In this document: piece by piece, positions 9,759 through 20,316 of the stretch
Layout: the number at the start of each line of letters is the position of its first letter
How positions within the stretch are numbered: position 1 is the first letter of the stretch
The notes under the pieces: model-generated
Told to the model about the DNA's origin: nothing
Seen by the model: only the letters and a program-made list of their open reading frames with translations
Database searches by the model: none
Program-made: the position numbers and the translations under genes
NCBI GenBank assembly: GCA_030668825.1
Contig: DAOVET010000014.1
Location: forward strand, 1 to 42,960
From: Candidatus Heimdallarchaeota archaeon
GTDB taxonomy: Archaea; Asgardarchaeota; Heimdallarchaeia; Heimdallarchaeales; Heimdallarchaeaceae
Length of the DNA: 42,960 nt
Direction of reading: 5' to 3'

Positions 9759-10850
9759 TCACAATGGTTCTAAGTAAGTAATAATACCTCCTGGATAAGG
9801 ATATTGGTGAATAATTTCAATGCTCGAAATGACTTCAGCAAACTTTGTCTTAAGCTCTCCACTTATCCGTTTTGTATCCAACCAGTTCAGAAATATAGTA
9901 TTGGTTTCTTCGTCTATACCATAATCTTCTTCTCTGAAACCATATTCTGAATTAAGTGATTTTAAGATCAAATTGATAGAATTGATATTATTAACTACGA
10001 TTCTAGCTCGAACTATCAGCCCGTCTTCTGTAATATCATCAAAATGTTTAGAATAGTTGTTAGCTCTTCGTATTAATCTGTTTTTAAGCTGTGTTTTATC
10101 CTTATATCTTGAAGAACAATAATGAATAGAAGTTGGGGATTTTTTGAATTTTTGTAAAATATCCATTGCTAATTCTTTACTACCTTTTACTGCAGCACTT
10201 ACACTATCTTTTGCGATATAATTCATTTTAGTAAGAATTTCAACATTGGCATCTGTTATCTCTAACTCATTTAGGTTAACAAAATCTAGATTAATATCAA
10301 TTGCGAAATTTATTATTTCAATAATTTTTTGTCTCTGATCAGGAATTACAGGGATTTCTATCCCCACACCCCAATCAAAAGATTTAGCGACTTTTAGTGA
10401 TTCTTTTATCTTCTCGGAAAGAATCAAACGTGGTGGGTGAAATCTTATTTCATCCAACCCTGAACTGAAAAGAATCTTCATTTGATCGGAACTAAGAGAA
10501 TGGGAAGTATAAAGATGACAATGGAAATCTTTTCCAAAATGCTTTTTGAATTCACGTATGTATTCATTAACCCTTTCAAGAGTAACAGCAGGATCACCCC
10601 CTGTGATTCCGGCTCCTAAAGCTGACATAATCTCTGCTTCTGCTATTGCTTGATTAACTGAAGTGATTTGTTGTTCATTCGCGAAAGTTATATCCTTTTT
10701 TCTTTCTTTCATTATAGGACAGTAAAAGCAATTTGAATGACATACTCCTGTGATATATAAGACTAATTTTGCGCCTAAAGAACAAAGTTGGCATCCTTTA
10801 GTTGGTTTCCCTACAATCTTATTTTCATGCCATTTGGAGATTTTTCTCAT
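9759..10850 (-). CDS. Radical SAM protein (COG2108-like)
   Basis: GCQLCSLGAKLVLYITGVCHSNCFYCP (CxxxCxxC), GITGGDP and LDEIRFHP. Confidence 0.88.
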   Translation of the reverse strand: MRKISKWHENKIVGKPTKGCQLCSLGAKLVLYITGVCHSNCFYCPIMKERKKDITFANEQQITSVNQAIAEAEIMSALGAGITGGDPAVTLERVNEYIREFKKHFGKDFHCHLYTSHSLSSDQMKILFSSGLDEIRFHPPRLILSEKIKESLKVAKSFDWGVGIEIPVIPDQRQKIIEIINFAIDINLDFVNLNELEITDANVEILTKMNYIAKDSVSAAVKGSKELAMDILQKFKKSPTSIHYCSSRYKDKTQLKNRLIRRANNYSKHFDDITEDGLIVRARIVVNNINSINLILKSLNSEYGFREEDYGIDEETNTIFLNWLDTKRISGELKTKFAEVISSIEIIHQYPYPGGIITYLEPL

Positions 10851-10967
10851 CTTGAAAAAGTAAAAACTGCATAATAAAAAGTATCAGTTTTGGTAGAAGT
10901 TTACCCTTTAATTCTGAAAGAACAGTTTTTTATAACCAAACAATCAACCATAGCGAAAGGGTCAATT

Positions 10968-12158
10968 ATGCTTACAACTTTCCAAATCATTCTTTTTGTT
11001 ATAATGGGTTTTTTGCTCCTGTCCTATTTAGCTAGAGTCCTAAATTTACAAAAATATGGCATACACATATTACCTATTGGGATAATATTCAAAACAGAGT
11101 TTTTCAATAAAATACTGGAAAAGATGGGAGAGAAAGGAAAAAGATTTTGGAAAATCCTTTATGATATTGGTAAGATTTTAACCGGAATTATCACTCTAGG
11201 ATTACTTGGATTCTTTATAGTAAACCCTTTCTTAATTTTATTCAACTCACCAGCTAGTTTAGGTTTCCAACTTATAATTCCTGGCGTAACAATAGATTTC
11301 AAAATGGCTTTGTTGTTCATTTTTCCCATTTTAATAGTTCTTATTCCTCATGAAATAGCTCATGCTGTAATGGCACATAGAGAAGGAATTAAGATTAAAT
11401 CTTCAGGAATTTTTATTGTACTTGTATTCTTCGGAGGGTTTGTTGAGCTAGTAAGAGAACAGCTTGAAAAGGCTAATCTGAAAAGCAAGATCAGAGTCTT
11501 TCTTAATGGATCTGCTATCAATGCAGTTTTTTCAGTCTTTTTTGTAGCATTATACCTTTTGTCACCACTAATAGTATCTATAGGTTACAGTGATCCTAGC
11601 GGAGCACTAATCACTAATGTATATGATGATTTCCCAGCTGATGTGGTTGGAATAGTGCGAGGGGATGTTATCACAACCATTGGAGCTTATAATTCCTCAA
11701 CACAACAGGTCATCTATTATCAGATAAATAATGTGGAAGACTACCATAGAGCTCTTGCAGAGAACGTAGGAATTAGCTTGTTTTTCATAAGCTTACTCGA
11801 CAAACCTACAAGAGCCCTTATACCTACGACCGATATTCCATCTTCCAATAAAAATAGTACAGATAGAATCTTCCTTGGTATAAACATTTACAATTACTAT
11901 CCGCCTAAATCTGGAAGACAATCAATTTGGTTTCCCTATTATTGGAATATTCAAATATTATATACATTAAACATTAGTATAATGGCTGTGTTTTTGAATA
12001 CATTACCCCTATTTTTGACAGATGGGGACAAGATTCTGCAGGCCTATCTTATGAAAAAATATCCTGATAAACCTAAAGGGAAAAAACTGTTAAATGTTGC
12101 TAGAATAATTTCTATTTGTTTAATAGCTGCGAATCTCATACTATCAATGGTATTTTAG
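10968..12158 (+). CDS. Site-2 protease (M50) with PDZ-like insert
   Basis: HEIAH zinc motif in a TM segment, NTLP..TDG motif and PDZ-like ...PADVVGIVRGDVI; ATG at 10968 chosen as start. Confidence 0.88.
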   Translation: MLTTFQIILFVIMGFLLLSYLARVLNLQKYGIHILPIGIIFKTEFFNKILEKMGEKGKRFWKILYDIGKILTGIITLGLLGFFIVNPFLILFNSPASLGFQLIIPGVTIDFKMALLFIFPILIVLIPHEIAHAVMAHREGIKIKSSGIFIVLVFFGGFVELVREQLEKANLKSKIRVFLNGSAINAVFSVFFVALYLLSPLIVSIGYSDPSGALITNVYDDFPADVVGIVRGDVITTIGAYNSSTQQVIYYQINNVEDYHRALAENVGISLFFISLLDKPTRALIPTTDIPSSNKNSTDRIFLGINIYNYYPPKSGRQSIWFPYYWNIQILYTLNISIMAVFLNTLPLFLTDGDKILQAYLMKKYPDKPKGKKLLNVARIISICLIAANLILSMVF

Positions 12159-13115
12159 GTGAAAAATATGAAATGCACTCTTTGTGGAGAACAAACAGTC
12201 TATGTTAGGCAGTACGATAAACTAGCTCTTTGCTTGAGACATTTCAATGAGCAAATGAGAAAACGGGTTCAGAAGACCATTACCCGATATAAGATGTTAG
12301 GAAGAAAAGATAGGATTGCCATAGGTGTTTCGGGGGGTAAGGATAGTATAGCTCTTTTAGATATCCTGTCTAGAATTGAGAAAGATTTTCCTGAAAGCCA
12401 TCTGGTTGCTATTATTATTGACGAAGGCATAGAAAACTATCGTGATGAAGGTTTACACTTTGCTAAAATGAATGCTGAAAGACTAAATATTGAATATCAT
12501 GTGTTCTCCTTCAAACATGATTTTGGTTATGATCTTGACAATATCATCAAGATTTTGGGTGAAAGAGGAAAAGATAGAGAGTATGGGGCTTGTTCCTATT
12601 GTGGTATTCTAAGAAGAAAAATTCTGAACAAAGCTGCAAAAGAAGTAGGGGCAGATGTCTTACTAACCGGGCATAATCTTGAGGATGAAGCTGAAACTGT
12701 ACTTCTTAATATTATTAGAGGAGATATTCAAAGACTAGTAAGGTTAGATCCAAAACCAAGAAAAATACATCACAGTTTAGTTCCTAGAGCAAAACCTTTT
12801 CGCACAACTCCTCAAGCTGAGATAGTCATGTATTGTTATCTAAATGACTTAGAATATCAGGAAATTCCTTGCCCTTATGCAATTGAAGCATATAGAGGAG
12901 ATGTTAGAGATTTTATTTTTAAAACTCAAGAAAAGCAACCCATGCTATCCTTCAATATTGTAAGGGGTTTAGACAAGTTATTGCAAATGGTTAGTGATAT
13001 TCCAACAAGTAATAAAATGCAGGATTGTACGAAATGCGGTGAAGCAACAGCCAGTGACTTATGTAGAGCTTGTTGGTTGAAGGATAAGGTTCAATCCATT
13101 AAAGAACTAAAATAA
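12159..13115 (+). CDS. ncsA: tRNA 2-thiolation protein NcsA/TtuA (Ncs6 family)
   Basis: SGGKDS PP-loop, CSYCGILRR, TGHNLEDEAE, CPY and terminal CxxC zinc motifs. Confidence 0.88.
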   Translation: MKNMKCTLCGEQTVYVRQYDKLALCLRHFNEQMRKRVQKTITRYKMLGRKDRIAIGVSGGKDSIALLDILSRIEKDFPESHLVAIIIDEGIENYRDEGLHFAKMNAERLNIEYHVFSFKHDFGYDLDNIIKILGERGKDREYGACSYCGILRRKILNKAAKEVGADVLLTGHNLEDEAETVLLNIIRGDIQRLVRLDPKPRKIHHSLVPRAKPFRTTPQAEIVMYCYLNDLEYQEIPCPYAIEAYRGDVRDFIFKTQEKQPMLSFNIVRGLDKLLQMVSDIPTSNKMQDCTKCGEATASDLCRACWLKDKVQSIKELK

Positions 13116-13215
13116 TTTCCACCTTTTCTGAACTATAACAACAAGAAAAAGAAATATAAACTGTATCTTTTTCCGTACTATAGTTACTCAAACTATTGTT
13201 TATGAGGAAATCAAA

Positions 13216-13800
13216 ATGAGTGAGACATTAAAAAATCTGGCTAAAGCATTCATTGGAGAAAGTCAAGCAAGAAATCGATACACCATGTATGCAAAAATAG
13301 CACGTAAAGAGGGATATGAGCAAATCGCAAATCTATTCCTTATAACAGCTGATAACGAAAGAGAACATGCTAAATGGAACTTCCGTATGATTCAAGAGGT
13401 TAAAAAGAAATTAAAATTCTCAGAAGAAGCTATTACAGTCGATGCTGAAGCACCATTGGTTTTAGATAACACCATTGCTAATCTTAAAGCTGCAATTGCT
13501 GGGGAACATTATGAGTATGAAACTATGTACCCTGAATTTGCTGATGTTGCAAAGAAGGAAGGTTTTTCAAAAATAGCAGATAGATTAAGAGCTATTGGTG
13601 ACGCTGAAAAGCATCATGAAGAACGCTACAAGAAGCTTCTAGCACAAATTGAAGGTAAAACTGTTTTCAAAAAAGCTGAGAAGGTTACATGGGTTTGTCA
13701 GAAATGTGGTCATGTTCATGAAGGAGAACACCCACCAGACAATTGTCCAAGTTGCAGTCATCCTAGCAAATACTATGAAATTTTATGTGAAACTTATTAG
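13216..13800 (+). CDS. rbr: Rubrerythrin
   Basis: AFIGESQARNRY, EREHA, EKHHEERY and C-terminal CQKCG...CPSC rubredoxin domain. Confidence 0.96.
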   Translation: MSETLKNLAKAFIGESQARNRYTMYAKIARKEGYEQIANLFLITADNEREHAKWNFRMIQEVKKKLKFSEEAITVDAEAPLVLDNTIANLKAAIAGEHYEYETMYPEFADVAKKEGFSKIADRLRAIGDAEKHHEERYKKLLAQIEGKTVFKKAEKVTWVCQKCGHVHEGEHPPDNCPSCSHPSKYYEILCETY

Positions 13801-13819
13801 TTTCACCGCTGATTTTTTT

Positions 13820-15763
13820 TCATTCCAAAAACATCTTCTGTAAATATGTTGAAAGTTGAATGCGGTCATCTAGTACTAATTGCTGTTTGCTCTCAAATTT
13901 TGGTAGTAAGTTCCTCCAAACTTCAGAATAGCTCTGGACTTCACTTATTAGTTTTCGAAATTTTCTTGATGCTAAAAAGGACTTTCCAATAAAAATATAA
14001 CTAAAAATGAATGTTCCATGTTTCACTTTGATAATATTATAACCATTGTATCTAACTCTCTCAAATATTGGCATATCACATTCATGTTTGATTTCTTCAT
14101 TTTGAATCTTTGATATAATAGGGTGTAGTTGGTTAGTATCAAAGGAAGCTTCGTTGAGAATCTCTGAAAATAAAATAGTACCTTCTTGACCTAATATGAG
14201 AAATGCATTTGGATTTTCCTCTTCTCTTTTAACATCTTTGTAGATTAATTTATTCCTAACTAGATCATACAGCAAATCTTCAATATGCGTTAGTTCCAAT
14301 CTTTCAGAGAGATCAGGGAGCATCAAAGAAGCACTTCCCCATTGATCAAGATTTTCGATAATTTTGTCATGGGCATTAGAAATCAAATTAGCAAGTCTAT
14401 GGATTCCTTTTTCCTCTGCTATTTTTTGTGCATCATTCAATAATAGCTTGGCTTCATCTATTTCTAATTCAAGCAAAGAAAGTTGAGATTCGAATAATAA
14501 TGCCTCAGCAAGAATAACGTAAGAATCTTGTTCTCTAGCTAACTTTTCTAAATCATTAATCTTCAATTTGATATAACTTAAAATTTCAAAATCGTTTGAC
14601 TTTATTAATCTGTTAAAGTACATATCACACAAATGAAATAGAGCTATCTTATTCATTTCATTATGAATGAGAGAATCATATGCAACTTCATTGAGTAGAT
14701 CAACTATTTCATTAAAATCATTTTCAGGTGAAATTGCTTTAAGAATAATCGCTTTACTTAATTTGTAGATTTTATGACTAAGGTGTTGCTTTCTATAACT
14801 CTGGAAATCAGATATTGCCTTTATTTTTTCTAGATTTTCTTTAGTTTTTTTAAACTTATTTTGTTCTAATAATACTAGAATCAATCGAAAAAGTATCCAA
14901 GAATATCGCCGATGGTGTGAATTTCCTGTTTCTAGAAGCATTTGAGCACATTGAGTATAATATTCTACAGTTTTATCTAAATCGTGTTTTTGCCAGTGTA
15001 TGAAACCGATATCCCCAAGAATAAATGATAACGCGAAAGCTGATTCCATTTTTTCAGTAAAAGGTAGACTTTTCATTAAATAGTTAAGCGATGTCTCTAA
15101 TTCACCCATGTCAAGATAAATTGTTCCTAAGCTTGATAAACAACCCATTTTTTGTTCAAAAATATTAAATTTCTCAGTAAGTTCTAAGCAAATTTCAAAC
15201 TGCTTGATAGCTTGTGAATATTTTCCATACCACTGATAAAGACAAGCTAACTCATACTGAATATTTACTCTTCCATAATCCCATTCTATTTCTTCTACTA
15301 TCTTTAATGCTTGAGTCAACTTCTCCAATAGAAAATCAAAACCATCTCTCCACCCCTTATAGTGGCTTTGCAGAATGGCTTTCCTTTTAAGGTATTCTGG
15401 TGTTTCTTGATCATTAATTGAATCAAGAGTGTCTTGAGCTAGCTGTAAATTCACAACTCCAGTTTTAAGATCCCCAGTAAGGCACAAAGCTCTACCAAGA
15501 TGAAATGCTGAATCAAATATAAGAAACTTATTACCAAGTTTCACACTCCCTTTAACGGCTTTTTCACCAAATTCTATTGCTTTAGAAAATGGTTGGAAAA
15601 TACAATACAGTTGTGTTTTCAATCTATAACAAAAGACTCTATCCTCAAACGTAATATCGCTTCTTTGTTCTATAGAATCTATTTCTTGTAGTGCCTCATA
15701 ATATCTACCAGTAAGAAACATATTCTCAATTGCTTCAAATTTCTCGTCTGAAACAGTCTTCAT
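13820..15763 (-). CDS. TPR-repeat protein with a C-terminal alpha/beta domain
   Basis: Repeated TPR-like helix pairs (e.g. LGTIYLDMGELETSLNYL, IGFIHWQKHDLDKTVEYY). Confidence 0.8.
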   Translation of the reverse strand: MKTVSDEKFEAIENMFLTGRYYEALQEIDSIEQRSDITFEDRVFCYRLKTQLYCIFQPFSKAIEFGEKAVKGSVKLGNKFLIFDSAFHLGRALCLTGDLKTGVVNLQLAQDTLDSINDQETPEYLKRKAILQSHYKGWRDGFDFLLEKLTQALKIVEEIEWDYGRVNIQYELACLYQWYGKYSQAIKQFEICLELTEKFNIFEQKMGCLSSLGTIYLDMGELETSLNYLMKSLPFTEKMESAFALSFILGDIGFIHWQKHDLDKTVEYYTQCAQMLLETGNSHHRRYSWILFRLILVLLEQNKFKKTKENLEKIKAISDFQSYRKQHLSHKIYKLSKAIILKAISPENDFNEIVDLLNEVAYDSLIHNEMNKIALFHLCDMYFNRLIKSNDFEILSYIKLKINDLEKLAREQDSYVILAEALLFESQLSLLELEIDEAKLLLNDAQKIAEEKGIHRLANLISNAHDKIIENLDQWGSASLMLPDLSERLELTHIEDLLYDLVRNKLIYKDVKREEENPNAFLILGQEGTILFSEILNEASFDTNQLHPIISKIQNEEIKHECDMPIFERVRYNGYNIIKVKHGTFIFSYIFIGKSFLASRKFRKLISEVQSYSEVWRNLLPKFESKQQLVLDDRIQLSTYLQKMFLE

Positions 15764-15836
15764 TATGGCACTTCTATGGAATTATAAATCCATTCAAAAA
15801 GAGAATAGTCATTAATAGGTCTTTCGGGAAAAATAG

Positions 15837-16176
15837 TAGACAACTGAGCCGACCATAGCGACCTGTTGTTCGACGCCGTTTCAGAAGTCGTTTCTTAACC
15901 ATAAGCTCCACGCCGCTTGCTATGGGCACCACATATCAGTCTTAGAGCTGCTTACTTCCGTACCTGGCCCATTTTGACTTCAACCTTTCTAACGATTTCC
16001 TCTGAAATCGCCTCCAGTGTACACAGTCTCATAGGGCAGCGCTTCGACGCTATCCGATTAAGGCGTATCAACCTCAACGAAGCCTCAGCAACAGCATTCA
16101 CCCCAGCATATAGAGCGCTTCTGGTACAAGGACGCCCTAGGTCCCCGGCTAGTCGTTGCTATCGACTCAGTTTCTA
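15837..16176 (-). ncRNA. ffs: Archaeal SRP (7S) RNA
   Basis: Helix 8 GCCAGGUAC-GGAA-GUAAGCAGC (15947-15970), helix 6 hairpin (15991-16012) and Alu-like 5' domain with UGUA. Ends are complementary and the region is GC-rich. Boundaries are approximate. Confidence 0.95.
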
Positions 16177-16199
16177 GTAAGCAAAAGAGATAAGACCAA

Positions 16200-16207
16200 T
16201 TTAAACA
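16200..16207 (-). promoter_or_regulatory. Putative TATA box of SRP RNA
   Basis: TTTAAA about 25-30 nt upstream of the inferred SRP RNA 5' end. Confidence 0.5.
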
Positions 16208-16288
16208 TTGCTATTTTTGGTTAATATACTACTTTTTGTTTATTTACCTAAAGAAGAACTTATGAACGATTATTTTTGTTTAGCTTTA

Positions 16289-16831
16289 ATGCCTGAATCA
16301 GTTGATGATAATCAATTTACTGAAGAATTTGTTCAAGCTATTGATGTTTTCCTAAAGGATGCTACTAAGCTTGCAATTCTTGGTATTGGAAATGAAGATA
16401 ATGGAGACGATGCAGTAGGATTGTATATCCTTACTATTCTTCAAGAAGCAAACCTACCAGATTGGGTCACAAATTTCTATTGTGAAAAAGTGCCTGAACA
16501 TTTTCTTGGGAAATTTAGAAAATTAGAGCCGGACAGAATCATTATTTTAGATGCTGCAGATATGAAAGAAATACCAGGAGCTATTGCAATCTTTCCCAAA
16601 GAAGCTGTTTCTAGTGGTTTTCATCTTTCTACTCACACATTGTCTTTAACAATGCTTGAAGAGTTTCTCAAACCAGTTGTTCCAGATCTAATTACAATGT
16701 ATGTGGGTATTCAACCAAAGGATCTATATTTTGACACACCTCTTTCAAAGGAGTGTAAGGATGCAGCTGAAGAATTTGCAGAACTATTAATAGAGAGAAT
16801 AAATCTTACAAATAAAAACAAAACAAAATAA
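16289..16831 (+). CDS. hycI: Hydrogenase maturation endopeptidase (HycI type)
   Basis: LGIGNEDNGDDAVG, VPE, IILDAADM, STHTLSL and GIQP motifs. Start uncertain (16262 or 16289). Confidence 0.9.
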   Translation: MPESVDDNQFTEEFVQAIDVFLKDATKLAILGIGNEDNGDDAVGLYILTILQEANLPDWVTNFYCEKVPEHFLGKFRKLEPDRIIILDAADMKEIPGAIAIFPKEAVSSGFHLSTHTLSLTMLEEFLKPVVPDLITMYVGIQPKDLYFDTPLSKECKDAAEEFAELLIERINLTNKNKTK

Positions 16832-16913
16832 GCTGAGAATTCTCAATTATTACTTTGCAGTTCAAATACCTAAAGAATTTCAGAAATAAGAGTATAATTT
16901 TATATTAAACCAA

Positions 16914-17429
16914 TCATCTACTCTCTTTCTTAATCTTGCTAAGTAAAAGTAAAATCACACCCCAAAGTACATTCAAATTTGGTACTTTTTCCTTATAGTT
17001 TCTATAATCGTCTCCAAACTTTTCAATTAAATCACTGTTAGCTTTAATAGTAATTAAATAAGTAGCAATTATAACAGGAATAAGTAAGATATCTACAACC
17101 CAATGTTGTGAGATAAAAACTAGAGCAATACTCCAAAGAATACCAGCAAGATACTGCGGATGTCTAACTATTGAATAAATTCCTGTATCAACCAATTTAG
17201 TGGTTTTAATATAACTAGAATCTTTTGGAATACTACCCTTAATTCTAAATGTGAAAATTGGTAAAAAACCAAATAGTATTGAAAATCCCCAAAAGATGTA
17301 CCCTACAATAACAAGACCATAAATTTCATAGTAATTTGACCAGAGAACAAAAGTTAGAATAATCTGTGCTAATATTGAAACCCAAGTAACAGTGAAAGGG
17401 AGGAAATCTAGTAAATCCATAAATCTCAC
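16914..17429 (-). CDS. Isoprenylcysteine carboxyl methyltransferase/PEMT-family membrane protein
   Basis: LVDTGIYSIVRHPQY and LIEKFGDDYRNYKEKVP motifs, several TM helices. Confidence 0.85.
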   Translation of the reverse strand: MRFMDLLDFLPFTVTWVSILAQIILTFVLWSNYYEIYGLVIVGYIFWGFSILFGFLPIFTFRIKGSIPKDSSYIKTTKLVDTGIYSIVRHPQYLAGILWSIALVFISQHWVVDILLIPVIIATYLITIKANSDLIEKFGDDYRNYKEKVPNLNVLWGVILLLLSKIKKESR

Positions 17430-17545
17430 TTATTTGATTTTGCAAATTAATAAACCACATCCAAACTAATAAAGCTGTCTAAGAGAAGAAGTTATTTATT
17501 TATACTATTTGTGCTAAAAACAGAGAGTAGTGGGATTTAGTTAAA

Positions 17546-18649
17546 ATGTCAGAACCAACACAAAAGTATCGAGATAAAGAACTAGTTGATGCACTAATTA
17601 AGAAGATAAAACAACTGACAGAACAAATAGGTGAGAAAGCACGTATCATGCATGTTTGTGGAACTCATGAACATGACTTAGTAAAAGCAGGATTACGTTC
17701 ATTATTACCAAAGGAAATAGACTTGATCGCTGGTCCTGGATGTCCTGTCTGTGTCTCTAGTGCCCAAGATGTTGATGAAGTTCTTTGGATTGCTGATAAT
17801 CATAATGTCATTATTGCCACTTTTGGTGATATGATGCGTGTCCCTGGTTCTAAAGAGTCTCTCTATCAAGCTCAAGGAAGAGGTGTTGACATTCGCGTAG
17901 TTTATGGTGTATCTGATGCCATCAAACTTGCAGAACAAACACCTGACAGGGATGTTCTTTTCTTCAGTGTTGGCTTTGAAACTACCTCTTGCGTTACAGC
18001 AGCTGAAGTTATCCGTACTACGCTTCCCAATTTTAGTATCTACTCTTCTCACAAACTTGTTCCTCCAGCAATGGAACTTCTATTGCAAAGAGATGATTTG
18101 GAATTTCAAGGATTTTTAGCTCCAGGTCATGTTTCTACAATTATCGGTGCCAAACCTTATGATTTTATACCGGAAAAATACGATTTTCCTGTTGCGGTAG
18201 CTGGTTTTGAACCAGTAGATATCCTTGTTGGAATCTATGCACTGTTGAAGCAATTCAATGAAAATACTTCAAGAGTTGATAATATGTACAAACGTTATGT
18301 TAGATACGAAGGTAATGTTGCGGCTCTCAAAGCATTGGAAGAAGCTTATGTTGTTTCAGATGCAAGGTGGAGAGGTTTGGGTGTTTGGCCAGATACAGGT
18401 CATGAGATAGATGATAAGTATAGTCATATTGATGCTAAGAAGAAATATGAACTCCCTGAGCTTGAGGTTACAGATCTTCATAGTGGTTGTATTTGTGATG
18501 AAATTCTAGTTGGAAAATCTAAACCACATAAATGTAAATTATTTAACAAAGCTTGTAGACCTGATCATCCAATTGGGGCATGTATGGTCAGTCATGAAGG
18601 TACATGCAATGTTGCAGCTACTTACGAAGAGATAGTTTGGGAAGATTAG
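17546..18649 (+). CDS. hypD: Hydrogenase maturation protein HypD
   Basis: HVCGTHE, GPGCPVC, GFETT, PGHVS and GACMVSHEGTC motifs. Confidence 0.98.
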   Translation: MSEPTQKYRDKELVDALIKKIKQLTEQIGEKARIMHVCGTHEHDLVKAGLRSLLPKEIDLIAGPGCPVCVSSAQDVDEVLWIADNHNVIIATFGDMMRVPGSKESLYQAQGRGVDIRVVYGVSDAIKLAEQTPDRDVLFFSVGFETTSCVTAAEVIRTTLPNFSIYSSHKLVPPAMELLLQRDDLEFQGFLAPGHVSTIIGAKPYDFIPEKYDFPVAVAGFEPVDILVGIYALLKQFNENTSRVDNMYKRYVRYEGNVAALKALEEAYVVSDARWRGLGVWPDTGHEIDDKYSHIDAKKKYELPELEVTDLHSGCICDEILVGKSKPHKCKLFNKACRPDHPIGACMVSHEGTCNVAATYEEIVWED

Positions 18650-18701
18650 TTGCTAGATGAAAACAGTTAATTAATGAAGTAGAAATGGTGATGTGAGACT
18701 T

Positions 18702-18923
18702 ATGTGTTTGGCAATTCCTGGATTGGTCTGTGAGATACTGAATGATAATAGAGTAATGGTTGACATTACGGGTGTTAGACGCGAAGCTGATGCTACTCTT
18801 CTCGAAGAATCTCTAGATATAGGTGATTATGTTTTAGTTCACACAGGTTTTATAATTCAGAAACTTGATCCAGAACAAGCTAAAGAAGATTTGAAACTCT
18901 GGGATGAGATACTCAGTAGCTGA
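18702..18923 (+). CDS. hypC: Hydrogenase maturation chaperone HypC
   Basis: N-terminal MCLAIPG and GDYVLVHTGF. Confidence 0.97.
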   Translation: MCLAIPGLVCEILNDNRVMVDITGVRREADATLLEESLDIGDYVLVHTGFIIQKLDPEQAKEDLKLWDEILSS

Positions 18924-18990
18924 TTTTTCTAAGTTTTCTCAAAGGAATAACGAATAAGTTAAATATATTATTGCTGTTATTTTTTATAGA

Positions 18991-19674
18991 ATGGTCCTCA
19001 GAGAAATGGATGCTAACGCACTAATTTTAAGAAATTTCATAGACTTTTCCAATAAAACAAATCAATACTTCCTAACTAATTTGAAAAAAACAATTCCTGA
19101 TATTTGGGATGATATAGAATGCATGGGAGAAGCTAAAAGCAAAGTTAGCGTTGTAGAAGGATTAAAGTTAGTTAAGCGAAGATACAAAATTAACAATATT
19201 GATATTGCATATATTATCATTTTAGCTGTAAGAGGATATAAGTTTAGAAATATTACTGAAAGAGTTTTTCTCTGTGAAGAAGAAGCCATATTTCCATCTA
19301 TTGAACACTTTCCACCAACAAAACCAAAAATGGCACATGACTTTGAAATTAAGACTGCAGTACTAAAAGGAATAATTGAGGTTCTTGAAAATGAGAGTGA
19401 TGACATAGCTGAAAACATAATTGAGTCTGTTCCAGAAATGTTAGAAAAATCCTATGGAGTTCGATATACAGGAAGATTTCTTTCCATAAATGAATGGATT
19501 GATCTCAAAGAAAAAGAAGGAAAATGGATTTCAGAGGATAGTTTCAAAATAGGAAATCAAAGTTTGACACCAATGGTGTTTGGAAACCTTCTAGTTTTAC
19601 AAGCTAGAGGATGGTATTTGCAAGAAATTCCCGAAAAATTCAAAGGAAATGATTATCTCCTTATCAGATCTTAA
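18991..19674 (+). CDS. Hypothetical protein
   Basis: 227 aa ATG-start ORF, co-oriented between hypC and the hydrogenase genes; no motif recognised. Confidence 0.75.
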   Translation: MVLREMDANALILRNFIDFSNKTNQYFLTNLKKTIPDIWDDIECMGEAKSKVSVVEGLKLVKRRYKINNIDIAYIIILAVRGYKFRNITERVFLCEEEAIFPSIEHFPPTKPKMAHDFEIKTAVLKGIIEVLENESDDIAENIIESVPEMLEKSYGVRYTGRFLSINEWIDLKEKEGKWISEDSFKIGNQSLTPMVFGNLLVLQARGWYLQEIPEKFKGNDYLLIRS

Positions 19675-19791
19675 TCATTTATTGATTCACGATTTATTGA
19701 AACATTTGCTTATAACATTAGCATCTATGCAACACAACCTTTTTTTATGACTGATTCTTGATTAAACTTAAATGCGATGTGAGGATTTCTT

Positions 19792-20316
19792 ATGAGTGAT
19801 GTACTCAAAGAATTAGAAGGAATTTTAAATGTAACTTTACCTGGAAACCTTGTTGAAGAAGTGATAAAAGTTGAAGAAGGTCATTTTGACGTTATGTGTA
19901 ACGTGACAAATGCCTTTGAGCTTATGAAAGTACTGCGTGAAGATGCAGGCATATATCACCTATCAACAATATCAGGTGTTGAGAAAGATGATGAATTCAA
20001 CGTTTGTTATCATATTCAACACAGAATAGAAGATGAATTTAAGGAAGTGTCGATAAATCTCATTATAACTAAAATCGACAAAAACAAACCAAAAACTCCA
20101 AGTATGTTGGAATTTTTTGTTGCTTCTGATTATTATGAAAGAGAAATTTATGATTTTTATGGTATTTACTTTGAAAACCACCCATTCCTGCAAAGGTTAA
20201 TCTTACCTGAAAGATGGCCAGATGATGTAAAACCAATGCGAAAAGAGTATGGTTGGGAACAGATCAAGGAAATTACAATGAAAATTACAAAAGAAGGTTT
20301 GGAGGAGGCAAAATAA
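19792..20316 (+). CDS. Group 4 hydrogenase NuoC-like subunit
   Basis: HLSTISGV, YEREIYDFYGIYFENHP and LPERWPDDVKPMRK motifs. Confidence 0.9.
   Translation: MSDVLKELEGILNVTLPGNLVEEVIKVEEGHFDVMCNVTNAFELMKVLREDAGIYHLSTISGVEKDDEFNVCYHIQHRIEDEFKEVSINLIITKIDKNKPKTPSMLEFFVASDYYEREIYDFYGIYFENHPFLQRLILPERWPDDVKPMRKEYGWEQIKEITMKITKEGLEEAK

Noticed and set aside
15917-16177. 86-aa plus-strand ORF
   Set aside because: Antisense to the GC-rich SRP RNA; spurious.
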